Part shown: positions 25,655 to 37,439 of the stretch, in pieces
Position numbering within the stretch: the first letter of the stretch is position 1
Layout of the letters: the number at the start of each line of letters is the position of its first letter
DNA from: Macrostomum lignano
Taxonomy: Eukaryota
Direction: 5' to 3'
DNA length: 64,000 nt
NCBI GenBank assembly: GCA_002269645.1
Contig: NIVC01003052.1
Span: 62,001-126,000 of the forward strand
The notes under the pieces: model-generated
What the model was told of the DNA's origin: nothing
The model's input: only the letters and a program-made list of their open reading frames with translations
Database searches by the model: none
Translations under genes and position numbers: made by a program

Positions 25655-26150
25655 GGCGTGATAGGAAGGCTCTGTGAAAGGAGTGGTGTGATAGGATTAG
25701 GAAGGCTCTGTGAAAGGAGTGCTGTGATAGGAAGGCTCTGTGAAATGAGTGGTGTGATAGGAAGGCTTTGTGAAAGGAGTGGTGTGATAGGAAGGCTCTG
25801 TGAAATGAGTGGTGTGATAGGAAGGCTTTGTGAAAGGAGTGGTGTGATAGGAAGGCTTTGTGAAAGGAGTGGTGTGATAGGAAGGCTTTGTGAAAGGAGT
25901 GCTGTGATAGGAAGGCTCTGTGAAAGGAGTGGTGTGATAGGAAGGCTCTGTGAAAGGAGTGCTGTGATAGGAAGGCTCTGTGAAAGGAGTGGTGTGATAG
26001 GAAGGCTCTGTGAAAGGAGTGCTGTGATAGGAAGGCTCTGTGAAAGGAGTGCTGTGATAGGATTAGGAAGGCTGTAAAAGGAGTGGTGTGATAGGAAGGC
26101 TCTGTGAAAGGAGTGGTGTGATAGAAAGACTTTGTGAAATGAGTGGTGAT
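25655..26150. repeat. 30-bp minisatellite GTGATAGGAAGGCTCTGTGAAAGGAGTGGT in F-box intron
   Basis: Tandem periodicity. Confidence 0.95.
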
Positions 26151-26648
26151 AAAAAGGCTCTGTTAAATGAGTGAAGTGGTGTAATATGAAGGATGTGAAT
26201 GGAGGACTTGCGTGAAAGGAGGCACGCAGAGGAGGAGGTTTTGTTCAGAGTTTTTTGGATTTATAGTTTTTTCTCGTATAGAAAGACTTGATAAAATATC
26301 CTATTGATAATACCTACCTATAGTGCAAACAGTCTAAATCAAACCCACTATATAAGAGGAAGATATAACAGACCCATTGAATAATAAAGCGTTATGCCTC
26401 AATGAGGATATTTTCACAATGGCATGCATATAATAAATGCATTTGGGTGGCCAGCATTCTCTAACTGCTAGTAATTCTGCCCATTCCGCAGACTCCTCTG
26501 AGCACAATACTGTAGGCAGGTCCGCAATCATACGCTCACGCAGGGTGTACAGCGCCCCTGACTTTCTAATCGCCAGGTATGTACAGTCTCTGTGCCTTGG
26601 GGGTTGGCCTTCATGGCTGCATAGGCACCACAGTTATTTTCTTCGCAC

Positions 26649-27164
26649 CTGTCCTCCGCATCGAGACAGCAGGCAGTCAAGCAGTTGCAGTAGACAATCT
26701 GTATCAGAGTCTAATTCTTCAATATTGCCGCCAACATCTTCGCTCCATTTGACAACTAATTGGAGAGTGTGCACAGACGGACAGAATGCGATAACAGTGC
26801 GCAGCAGCGCGTGGTTGAGCCTGGCAGCCGGATAGAAATGATCATTAGTAACCGTCAGCCGGAGGTGTCTCAGGTAGCGGCCCATTCGCATTAGAAGTTT
26901 CATACCGTGACGCAGGACACTGCGGCGGTACACGGCGCTGTCGTAGGTTAAAAATGACAAATCAATCAGGTCGCTACGCCAGACGCTGTGCAGGAATACC
27001 AGATCGCGGAGCTCCGGCACGCCCTCAAGAATGACTAGTTTAGTAGCCGGATCGGTGAATGACAGAATGTGAGCCAGAATTGAGTCTGGCAGAGCTGGCC
27101 TCGGGACAGACGCTCGCTGCTGGCCGCCCTGTTTGGCGTAAATCAGAGACAGACCATTTGGCAT
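26649..27164 (-). CDS. F-box domain exon (ATG at 27164, or internal acceptor at 27128 if spliced from upstream exon)
   Basis: LPDSILAHILSF F-box motif, LRHLRL LRR-like motif, donor CAG|GTGCGA phase 0. Confidence 0.8.
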
Positions 27165-27560
27165 CCCGGATCCGAATTCCCAAAGATTACTCAAATTTGA
27201 CAGTAGAACTACCAAGACGGGGAAATCAAAGATTCAAAGGTTTGAGCACTACTCTAGGAATCGAATCTAGGCATGCAGATACTTCTCGTCTTGCGGGTGA
27301 GAAATAAATGAGATTCAAATAAAATTACCAATTTTTCGAGTAGAGCAACTTTTCACGTATTACATGTGGTTAGTTATAAGGTTTGCAGTGGAGCTGTGGT
27401 CGCTTTCACAAATCTAAGGCGACAGCCGAGCCGAAGCAGCACGAGCTCACACAGAGTGCACAGCGGTTCTGACTTTCTGGCTGGCTCTCATTAATGTACG
27501 AGTAAATCGCACAACAAACCCTTTAGTAGTTGCTTCTAGCCCCGCAAGCATTCTCCCTAC

Positions 27561-27908
27561 CCTGAGCAGATGCCGTTTCTGTTTTCGCCTGTGCCGACCC
27601 GACTGCTGACGACCAGCTCCAGCCGAGGACAGAGACAAGCTGGACGATTGAGTATCAAAGGAATGCCGCCTATAGGCCGAGTTAATAGACACAGACGATG
27701 AACAGTCTTCCAAGTCGTCTTCCTCGTCAGATGTGGTGGCGGTTGTTGTAGTCGTGTTGCTGGCGTCGCTGATTCGCATTGCGCCGCCCAGTTTGCACAG
27801 CAGCGCCTGGGCAGCGTCCACGCAGTCCTGCCGGGTGATGAGGCGGCGCAGAGGACTGTCGCTGCTGCTGGCGCCACCTGCGGCGCTGAACGAGCCGCTG
27901 ATTGTTTG
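27561..27908 (-). CDS. Probable upstream exon of the F-box gene (S/T/acidic low complexity)
   Basis: Acceptor tatttgcag|CAA phase 0, donor AGG|GTAGGG phase 0, compatible with acceptor caaacag|GGC at 27128; the ORF tail beyond 27561 runs into a SINE-like copy. Confidence 0.45.
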
Positions 27909-28002
27909 CTGCAAATATTCGAAACACTTTTAGTAGCAGATTTGACAAATTGCAAAGTTGCGAATTGAGAATATGCAGAGGGAACGGGGCAGTGTATGCA
28001 GA

Positions 28003-28325
28003 CTGCTGGGACTCTGCAGAGAATCGGGACCTCGCTAGTGCTGGGACTCTGCAGAGAATCGGGACCTCGCTAGTGCTGGGACTCTGCAGAGAATCGGGAC
28101 CTCGCTAGTGCTGGGACTCTGCAGAGAATCGGGACCTCGCTAGTGCTGGGACTCTGCAGAGAATCGGGACCTCGCTAGTGCTGGGACTCTGCAGAGAATC
28201 GGGACCTCGCTAGTGCTGGGACTCTGCAGAGAATCGGGACCTCGCTAGTGCTGGGACTCTGCAGAGAATGGGGACCTCGCTAATGCTGGGATTATGCAGA
28301 TAATCGGGACCTCGCTAATGCTGGG
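28003..28325. repeat. 35-bp minisatellite GCTGGGACTCTGCAGAGAATCGGGACCTCGCTAGT
   Basis: Tandem periodicity. Confidence 0.95.
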
Positions 28326-29000
28326 GGGATCGGTTTCCATAGCGTGCAGAAAGAGATAAAGAGAATCAAGCGTTGTTTATTTTATTGGCGGTTCCGATAA
28401 CTCAGTAAAGGTTTTTTCCAATGAAAAGATTAGCTGGCATTATTAGCTATCTAAGAGCTGTCACGCCTCATCCTAGTTTAACCTCATGTCTCGTTGCGTG
28501 ACTTCTAGGCTATCATTTTTCAGTAGCAGCAATCGATCACTAAAATGGCGACAACGCCCAAGAAGGCGAACTCAATAAGATAATTGCAGCTCAACAAATA
28601 CTAAGTTAGGAGTAATCGATATGATGATGGAGGCTAAAGCTGCCAATTGAATGAGAAAACTGATACATACTGCATATTAGGCTTCCTTTGAAGTTGAGAG
28701 GCCAGAACTCAAAGTTATGCTCTTGTAAGTACGTTTGGGCTTCGGAGCAGATGAATTTGATCCAGAAATTGCAGAAGTCTGCAGAAAATAGATATGTTTC
28801 TCTTTTTTATCAGAGACAGGGGGCAGTGTGCACTTGACACATTGACACAACAACCGGCGAGAGGCATTACGAGCGTACTGCCCATTCCACGGACTCCCCT
28901 GAGCAGGCACACAAGCGCGCGGATACGCACGCAGTCATACGCACAGGCACACACTCACACAGGAGTGTACAGCGGCCCTAACTTTATTTATCGTTAGGCA

Positions 29001-29647
29001 CTAGCAATCTAGTGCGGCCCCCTTTGGGGCGCCCAATAAGCAAGGAGCAAAAATAGTTCATGGAAAACAATTAAAAAAGCACATTTACTTAAGAACTAAT
29101 TCCTTCTTCACTTTTAAAAATCACCTTATTCGTGTAAAATTGTCACGGACAAGGATGTTTGCTATGAATAACTTTTTCTCTAAAATTAACAAATAGACAA
29201 CAAAATATAGCTCCCTCTAAATAGAAAATATTCCCAAGACAGCAAGCATCTCCCCAGATAGCAAGCACCCCCCTCCAAAAGTAAGCAACCGCAGATAGCA
29301 AGCATCCCCTAATGCTCATAGCAAGCATCCCCCAGATAGCAAGCATCACCCCAGATAGCAAGCATCTGCAGACAGCAAGCATCCACCCAGATAGCAAGAA
29401 TTCTGCAGACAGCAAGCATCCCCCAGATAGCAGCATCCACCCAGATAGCAAGAATTCTGCAGACAGCAAGCATCCCCCAGATAGCAGCATCCACCCAGAT
29501 AGCAAGAATTCTAAAGACAGCAAGCATCCCCCAGATAGCAGCATCCACCCAGATAGCAAGAATTCTGCAGATAGCAAGCACCCCCCCCCCCCCCCAGATA
29601 TTATAGAAGCATCCTGCAGATAGCAAGCACCCCCCAGATACTATAAA
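29001..29647. mobile_element. Insertion carrying 18-bp CCCCAGATAGCAAGCATC repeats, flanked by 11-bp direct repeat ATCGTTAGGCA
   Basis: Direct repeat at 28990-29000 and 29648-29658 interrupts a SINE-like copy; related repeat islands at 44735-45120 and 46795-47185. Confidence 0.6.
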
Positions 29648-30384
29648 ATCGTTAGGCATGTACACTTCACTGCGCCTTGGGGGTTGGGTTGGCCCTCAAA
29701 GGCGTTAATTGCACGAGCAGAGCCAAGCCGAGATTCCAATTTACGCGCAGACAAAGTGAAAGTCACAGTACGCAGCCCTATGGCTGATAATAACTATGAG
29801 AAATCTTCACTTGACGCTATGCTAACGTTACAACACTATATAATTAGCATAAATGCCACCCTGGCAAATGCAGGTACCGGTCAGACAGATCGGCTACTGA
29901 CTTGGTCTGACCTAATCTGATTTCATTTAAAATCCTTTGAAAGTGCAAAATGGAGAAAGAAATAACAAATCAAGAAATACCGAATTCCAAAAAATCATTG
30001 CAACGCAATAATACATTACAATTTATGAATATTGTACTCAGACAAGCAATAAAGAGTCCTATAGCATCTGAGCCTCCGTCAATAAGCTGCTCACGACTAT
30101 AAGAAACAGATGCCCCTTCTTTGGCTAGAAAGCAAAAAATCGGAGCGCACAGCTGGCAAAGCCTACAGACGCCACTACTTAACATTGACGACTCACCCAA
30201 CACACTTTGGATGTTTGCTGAGAGATAATTGCAGCGTTTAGGAGACGCGAAAAACGTGAGCAAATTAGAGAGAAGAGGCCTAGGCATGGCACGGTATGGT
30301 AGTGGGCGACAAATGCTTGTGGGATGTGATGTGATTCGCGACTACCTGCCGCCTGCTCTGCTGACCTCAAACGGATTCGGGAGC

Positions 30385-30545
30385 ATCTGCGGACAGACAG
30401 ACATGCAGACAGGCAGAGAGACAGACAGACAGAGACATGCAGACAGACAGGCAGAGAGACAGACACTAAAACAGACAGACAGCAGACAGACAGACAGACA
30501 CTGACAAACAGACAGACAGGCAGACAGACAGAGATACAGAGACAG
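30385..30545. repeat. Degenerate (GACA)n tract just 3' of UTP18 stop
   Basis: Direct. Confidence 0.85.
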
Positions 30546-30564
30546 TTGCGAATCAATCAGCAGC

Positions 30565-31143
30565 TCAATAGCCGCTATAATGCGACAAGCGAAACATGGC
30601 CGCCCGGCCAGTGTGCTGTCCGAGGCACAGAAAACCGCCGCCAGGCGAGAAATCGGCCGAGTGCACGGCGGCCAAATAGTGCCGAATAGTTGGCGGCGGG
30701 AAATTCTGCATAACCCGACCGTCGCCAAGGTGCCAGAGTCGGACAGCCTGCGGCTCCTGCCTCGACGCCATCAGCAGGAGCTCCTGGCTGGGATGGAACC
30801 GCAGACAGCTGCACTCGGTAGTGAGATTAGTGGCAGTCCGAATCGGTTTGGTCTCCAACGGCCGACCAGTTGTCGCCGAGGCCAGGTCAGCAGCCTCCCA
30901 GCCGTACAGATTAACAATGCCGCAGGTGCTGCCGCAGGCAATGTAGCGACTGGACGCAGCTAAACTAGACAATCCCGTGCTGCCTTCGTCAACAAATGTA
31001 CCGCGAAGTTTCCTATTGGTCAGACAGAAAACTGACACCTGACCGTCTGAGCCGCCGGCTAGGAGGCAGTCGCCATCGACGCCGAATGCTAGCGATTGCA
31101 GACTCGAACTGGCGCTGCGAAGGGTGCAGACTCGATTGCGCGT
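30565..31143 (-). CDS. UTP18: U3 snoRNA-associated protein 18 (WD40), exon 5 (terminal)
   Basis: Acceptor ttccgcgcag|ACG phase 0; FVDEG..., CGSTCGIVNLY, NLTT..LRFHP, DFSPGGG, RLSHYSGY* match the UTP18 C-terminus. Confidence 0.9.
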   Translation of the reverse strand, partial: TRNRVCTLRSASSSLQSLAFGVDGDCLLAGGSDGQVSVFCLTNRKLRGTFVDEGSTGLSSLAASSRYIACGSTCGIVNLYGWEAADLASATTGRPLETKPIRTATNLTTECSCLRFHPSQELLLMASRQEPQAVRLWHLGDGRVMQNFPPPTIRHYLAAVHSADFSPGGGFLCLGQHTGRAAMFRLSHYSGY

Positions 31144-31211
31144 CTGCGCGGAAATGGGGATTGATTGCTTGTAAGTTAGTAAAAAGAGGGCTGTTTCAGA
31201 AGTATAAAGAG

Positions 31212-31775
31212 GGATAATGAGTGAGTGGGTGGGCCGACAATGAGTGAGTGAGCAAGTGGATAATGAGTGAGTGAGCGAGTGGATAATGAGTGAGTGAGAG
31301 AGTGGATAATGAGTGAATGAGTGAGCGGATAACGAGTGAGTGAGTGGGCGGATAATGAGTGAGTGGGTGGGCGGATTATGAGTGAGTGAGCGAGTGGATA
31401 ACGAGTGAGTGAGTGGGCGGATAATGAGTGAGTGAGAGGGCGGATTATGAGTGAGTGAGAGGGCGGATTATGAGTGAGTGAGAGGGCGGATTATGAGTGA
31501 GTGGGTGGGCGGATTATGAGTGAGTGAGAGGGCGGATTTTGAGTCAGTGATCGAGTGGATAATGAGTGAGTGAGAGGGCGGATTATGAGTGAGTGAGCGA
31601 GTGGATAATGAGTGAGTGAGAGGGCGGATTATGAGTGAGTGAGCGAGTGGATAATGAGTGAGTGAGAGGGCGGATTATGAGTGAGTGAGCGAGTGGATAA
31701 TGAGTGAGTGAGAGGGCGGATTATGAGTGAGTGAGCGAGTGGATAATGAGTGAGTGAGAGGGCAGATTATGAGTG
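31212..31775. repeat. ~23-bp minisatellite GGATAATGAGTGAGTGAGCGAGT in UTP18 intron 4
   Basis: Tandem periodicity. Confidence 0.92.
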
Positions 31776-32014
31776 CGTTGGGAATCAGGCGAAGCTTAGG
31801 GGCGGGAAGGACTAATAACGGTATAAAGCATGTTTTCAGTTTAGCAATAAATTGAAGAACAGCATAAAGGAGGGAAATTTTCTTGACCTTCGAAAAAAAG
31901 TCAAGTTAATGACTGTCTTTCGGAGCATTTTGCCCAGCGTAATTAGAAAATAACAAGCTTGAATGAGTGGCATTGAGATTGGTTATAATAGGACACTAAT
32001 TGGAACAGAGTTAC

Positions 32015-32118
32015 CTTGAAGTCAACCAGGTAGACTTCGCCATATTTGCCAATAAAAGCGATCAGTTTTTGATCCGGCGAAATCTCAAAGTCCGATAATT
32101 TGCAATTTCGCTCAACGC
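32015..32118 (-). CDS. UTP18: UTP18 exon 4 (not in ORF track)
   Basis: ttcccgcag|GC...AAG|GTAACT, 104 nt, phase 1 to 0; encodes GVERNCKLSDFEISPDQKLIAFIGKYGEVYLVDFK (WD repeat), bridging exons 3 and 5 exactly. Confidence 0.85.
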
Positions 32119-32452
32119 CTGCGGGAAGAGTTGAAAGGGTTAAACATTAGTTTAAAAAAAGCTTTCAACAACACGAATGAAACGACATGAGGCTTCTCGG
32201 CGTTCTCAATCTACGCATGCACGAATAACGCATAGAGCTCACGCAGCATTGATCAAAACTACCGCCAAACCGAGGATGAAGAACACAGCCACAGAATCCT
32301 ACGTCACTGAGAATCCATTATTCAAAACATTGCGTCAACAGAATTACATATATACTTGTAAGACTTCAAGTTCAATATCAAACAATTCCACAGAGTGCGT
32401 CATGGCACATCGACTTTAGTTTTTGCATCCCTAACTTTGGACCCCGGACACC

Positions 32453-33150
32453 TAAGATAAGATCCCACACCAACTGAATCCCATATCAAAGACCCCACAC
32501 CAACTGAATCCCATATCTAAGACCGCACACCAACTGAATCCCATATCTAAGACCCCACACCAACTGAATCCCATATCTAAGACCCCACACCAACTGAATC
32601 CCATATCTAAGACCGCACACCAACTGAATCCCATATCTAAGACCGCACACCAACTGAATCCCAACATAAGACCCTATACAAATAAAATTCTATATAATCT
32701 AAGACCCCAAACTAGTAGAATCTCATATCTAAGACCCCAAACTAGTAGAATCTCATATCTAAGACCCCAAACTAGTAGAATCTCATATCTAAGACCCCAA
32801 ACTAGTAGAATCTCATATCTAAGACCCCAAACTAGTAGAATCTCATATCTAAGACCCCAAACTAGTAGAATCTCATATCTAAGACCCCAAACTAGTAGAA
32901 TCTCATATCTAAGACCCCAAACTAGTAGAATCTCATATCTAAGACCCCAAACTAGTAGAATCTCATATCTAAGACCCCAAACTAGTAGAATCTCATATCT
33001 AAGACCCCAAACTAGTAGAATCTCATATCTAAGACCCCAAACTAGTAGAATCTCATATCTAAGACCCCAAACTAGTAGAATCTCATATCTAAGACCCCAC
33101 ACCAATAAAATCTCATATCTAAGACACACACACACAACTGAATCGCATAT
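32453..33150. repeat. 30-bp minisatellites (CTAAGACCCCACACCAACTGAATCCCATAT then CTAAGACCCCAAACTAGTAGAATCTCATAT)
   Basis: Tandem periodicity, two related subtypes. Confidence 0.95.
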
Positions 33151-34144
33151 CTATGTCCTGAACTAAAAAGAACAGAATTTAAAATCATTAGATCTTATAA
33201 TTCCAAAAAGTGTAGAATAGTACCAACTTAATGATTCTGCACTCGACAGCAAGGCATTAGTAATCTAAGCCGTATTATAAACAGTCGAAATTTGGGAACG
33301 CTAAGAGTGATGGATTCAAGAATTTCCATTAGGCCACAGCAATACCTAAGCTGCTGTACTTAAGCCCCGAATAACCCGATAAAAATGCAAAACTGAGGCG
33401 AAGAATGTCGGCCATTTACCGCCCCGCATTTCTCTGAAGATAAATGGAATGCACGTACTGAAAAATGTCAATAATAAGCCGCTAGCGCTATGGTTTTGAC
33501 GTGGACAGCAAGTCTAACAGAGATAGGCAAAGGGCAAACAACTGCGATTCTGTGAAACCTTGCTTAAGTCACAGTCTTCCTAATGTACACTCAGCATGAA
33601 TGGCGTGCAGGAATGACACCTTTTTCGGCTCGCAACTTAGAGATAAGATAAGAACCCAGTGCACTTATTGTGTCAGATTTAAACAGGCAATTTCCGATAA
33701 CTATTGCGAGATTAGAGAGATAAGAGAAGATAAGAAATCAGTGGATAATTTAATTGTAAAATTAAAGTAAACTCAGGGCGCAGAGAAATTACACGATATA
33801 ATAGTAATAAAAGGAGCAATCGATTTTTTATTAAAATGTACTAACTGACTTGGCTAATAGACTAAACTACGGTTTTGCATACATATTTTGTAGATGATTT
33901 GATTTCTTATCTCAAGATCAATCGACAATGGAATTTAAGCACTTACTAAGGAAGGAGGGAATGAATAGACAATAAACTTAGGATACTTAAATAGCCATTG
34001 TACCATGACCTTTGCGCCCGCTGGGCACTTATTCTTGCCTTTTAATGCCATAGACTACATTTAAGCCCGTTTGCAGGAAAGAAATATCGAAATTAGCGGT
34101 CAGTTTGAGGTCGGTATGTCAAGGACACAAATGGCACAATAATA

Positions 34145-34733
34145 CACTTTTTTGCGATTGAATTCGTCCAAACTGCAAAACCTTTCGTCCACTAATGCTT
34201 TCTTAATGGGAGCTAAATTTAGATTATACCATAGACAACTGTGTTCACGCAAAACGGTTCATCCAGTTTGTAAAACATTTCGTCTAAACCCTTCGTCCAA
34301 ACAGCTAACAGCTAAACGGAGCGACTTTATTTGATATCACGAGATATTGAACAAAGCAAAAACAGTGTCTCTTGTTAGAATGTTAGTTCAAAATGTCTTC
34401 GTAGTCCAAACAGCGGCCGTAGTAATCCACAGTGTGATTGGTCCATTGCTGGCACTTCTCCTGTGTAATCACGTGCAGTGCAGCTTCGACCTCTCTCTTC
34501 AAAATGTAGCTGTAGCTGTAGTGGTAGCAAAAGCGAACTGTCAATTGGGTGTTAACTATGGTAGGAACAGTACACTCGGTCTCTAGTCTAGGGGATGAAA
34601 TGTTTTACAAGCTGGATGAACCGTTTTGCGTGAACACAGTTGTCTATGGTATGATCTTAATTTAGCTCCCATTAAGAAAGCATTTGTGGACGAAAGGTTT
34701 TGCAGTTTGGACGAATTCAATCGCAAAAAAGTA
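34145..34733 (-). mobile_element. Tc1/IS630-like internally deleted element (~140-bp TIRs, TA TSD) retaining transposase C-terminus
   Basis: TA|CACTTTTTTGCG...CGCAAAAAAGTA|TA; arms about 34145-34283 and 34593-34733; minus-strand 34508-34383 reads YILKREVEAALHVITQEKCQQWTNHTVDYYGRCLDYEDILN*. Confidence 0.75.
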
Positions 34734-34737
34734 TAGT

Positions 34738-34820
34738 AATACTCATGCTTTAAGGCGTTAATGGGAAAAATCAGAGGGCGCCCGAGGATTTCTCATTAAC
34801 GCCCTTAAAGCATGGGTATT
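34738..34820. repeat. Short imperfect hairpin (~34-bp arms)
   Basis: AATACTCATGCTTTAAGGCGTTAATGGGAAAAATC is approximately the reverse complement of GATTTCTCATTAACGCCCTTAAAGCATGGGTATT. Confidence 0.75.
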
Positions 34821-34825
34821 AATTA

Positions 34826-35946
34826 TAGGGATGTCGATTCCCCGGGGAATTTTCTTATCGGGGACCCGGGGAATTTACTGTCATTCCCCGGTACCCCGGG
34901 GACCCCGGGGAAAAGAAAAAATAAGTAAAAAACGGCAGATAACTTAGATATTAAGTCATTAAGTGGCGTTTTTTAAACTTTGATTAAAGCTTTGGATGGA
35001 CTACATGTTCAAGGCGCAAGGGTAAAAACTTTAAGCAAAGTTTGTTTAAAACTGTATTTGACAACGTGGGGGTACGTGGCATCACCAAATCTTGCGCGCA
35101 CCTTGTCAGAAAGAGTCCAGACTCCGGAGGCGGAAAATGCATACTCAGCAGCTACACTCGGAGGATAATTAATGAATGAGACTGTTTTTATAATCGAAAT
35201 TATAATTTCTTGCAGATACATGTAAATCACCATTTTGACCTGTCTAATAGGGAGTATTTTGTTATTGTATGACACCCCCCTATGCGTCAGTGACTGACGC
35301 AGGACACAGCGCTGTGCCTGCGTCAAATGCGTCAAGCCGTCAACGCAGACCCACACAATAGTCAGTAAGCTTCTTTTTCCTGACGGGTTTCTACGCTCGT
35401 ACGTTCAATTTGCTTGTTTGAAAGACTCATAGTGAAAAAAAAACATTCAAACGGGTCGCTTTCATAAGACCGAAATTTCACAACGCCGAAAAGCACTACC
35501 CTTCACAAGACCGAAACTTCATAAGACCGGAATTTCACGACGCCGAAAATTCTGCATGCTCCTTATTGTATTAAGTTTTCTACAATGTGAAATTTCGGTC
35601 TTATGAAGTTTCGATCTTGTGAAGGGCCCTGCATTTTGAGTTTTCGGCGTTGTGAAATTTCGGTCTTATGAAGTTTTGGTCTTGTGAAGTATGGTGTTTC
35701 GGCGTTGTGAAATTTCGGTCTTATGACCCTCCCCCAATTCAAACGTGTTGTGTTTGAAATAATACATTGAAATAAGCAGTTTTGCGGTAAAAAAGCATAG
35801 ACAGAGTTTCAATCAGCTTTCTGTGAATGATTTTCTTATTTAAATGGCAAAAATTAAGTTTAAAATGTTTTTTTTTCTCCCCGGGGTCCCCGGTCCAATT
35901 CCCTGGGGAGAATTCCCCGACAAGCTCCCCGGGGTCGACATCCCTA
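34826..35946. mobile_element. Non-autonomous TIR element (hAT-like TAGGGATGTCGA termini) with nested foldback element at ~35453-35729
   Basis: TAGGGATGTCGA..CCCCGGGGA at left, TCCCCGGGG TCGACATCCCTA at right; inner inverted arrays of CATAAGACCGAAATTTCACAACGCCGAAA; no TSD seen. Confidence 0.65.
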
Positions 35947-36985
35947 CTGGCCCAGCAACAGAGGATCTGAGAGGCTGGCCCAGCAACTGAGGATCTGGGA
36001 GGCTGGCCCAGCAACTGAGGATCTGTGAGGCTGCCCAGCAACTGAGGATCTGTGAGGCTGCCCAGCAACTGAGGATCTGAGAGGCTGGCCCAGCAACTGA
36101 GGATCTGAGAGGCTGGCCCAGCAACTGAGGATCTGTGAGGCTTCCCAGCAACTGGGGATCTGTGAGGCTGGCCCAGCAACTGAGGATCTGTGAGGCTGCC
36201 CAGCAACTGGGGATCTGTGAGGCTGCCCAGCAACTGGGGATCTGTGAGGCTGCCCAGCAACTGAGGATCTGTGAGGCTGCCCAGCAACTGGGGATCTGGG
36301 AGGCTGGCCCAGAAACTGAGGATCTGGGAGGCTGGGCCAGTCTCTCAGATCTGAGAGACTGGCCCAGCAACTGAGGATCTGTGAGGCTGCCCAGCAACTG
36401 AGGATCTGAGAGACTGGCCCAGCAACTGAGGATCTGAGAGACTGGCCCAGCAACTGAGGATCTGGGAGGCTGGCCCAGCAACTGAGGATCTGGAAGGCTG
36501 GCCCAGCAACTGAGGATCTGGGAGGCTGGCCCAGCAACTGAGGATCTGAGAGACTGGCCCAGCAACTGAGGATCTGTGAGGCTGCCCAGCAACTGAGGAT
36601 CTGAGAGGCTGGCCTAGCAACTGAGGATCTGAGAGGCTGGCCTAGCAACTGAGGATCTGAGAGGCTGGCCCAGCAACTGAGGATCTGAGAGACTGGCCCA
36701 GCAACTGAGGATCTGTGAGGCTGCCCAGCAACTGAGGATCTGGGAGGCTGGCCCAGCAACTGAGGATCTGAGAGGCTGGCCCAGCAACTGAGGATCTGAG
36801 AGACTGGCCCAGCAACTGAGGATCTGTGAGGCTGCCCAGCAACTGAGGATCTGAGAGGCTGGCCCAGCAACTGAGGATCTGAGGGGCTGGCCCAGCAACT
36901 GAGGATCTGAAAGGCTGAGCCGGCAACTGAGGATCTGAGAGGCTGGCCCAGCAACTGAGGATCTTGGAGGCTGGCCCAGAAACTG
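35947..36985. repeat. 27-28-bp minisatellite GGCTGGCCCAGCAACTGAGGATCTGAGA in UTP18 intron 3
   Basis: Tandem periodicity; same family as 59207-59533 (opposite strand). Confidence 0.96.
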
Positions 36986-37045
36986 ATTATCTGTGAAGGT
37001 GGCAGTGGCCCAACCCAGACTAAAGAGATCCATAATTATACTCAC

Positions 37046-37223
37046 CCAGCAGCCTGGGAACGTGCACAAGCCGTTCAGTCGTGATGTCGAACAAGCGGAA
37101 GCTGCGATGCACGCTAGCTAGCACAATGTGATTGCCATCAGGCGAGAACCGAGCGCAGTGCACGGGGAATCCCGGCATGTGATGCGAGTGCAGACGGTCG
37201 AACACGGGCCTGTCCGGGTCCAC
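37046..37223 (-). CDS. UTP18: UTP18 exon 3
   Basis: gaccag|GTG...CTG G|GTGAGT; 178 nt phase 0 to 1; FPVHCARFSPDG WD motif. Confidence 0.88.
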
Positions 37224-37439
37224 CTGGTCGGAGATTATTATTAATAATTAGTTTTGCAGCAGCTCGCAGCTGTGTAATCGAAGTTTGCGAAGCGACAGAA
37301 AACACTAGACAGAACAGATATGGCAGACAGCAGGTGCGACAGATTAAAATTAAAATTAGAAACCAGATTCTTAAGTCTGCAGATGAAATTCGGCGGAAAT
37401 ATAGGCATTTGCAACAAAGCTAATGCTACTACTTAGTTA

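Noticed and set aside
27447-27560. C-terminal part of ORF 27447-27914 as coding
   Set aside because: It reads through a plausible donor at 27561 into a SINE-like copy; more likely intronic.
28677-28954. ORFs 28677-28910 and 28715-28954 as first exons of the F-box gene
   Set aside because: No recognisable homology, weak donors and overlap with a SINE-like tail; cannot be supported or excluded.
29970-30556. ORFs 29970-30287, 30179-30556 and 30229-30504
   Set aside because: No motifs, partly (GACA)n-derived, probably UTP18 3' UTR or intergenic.
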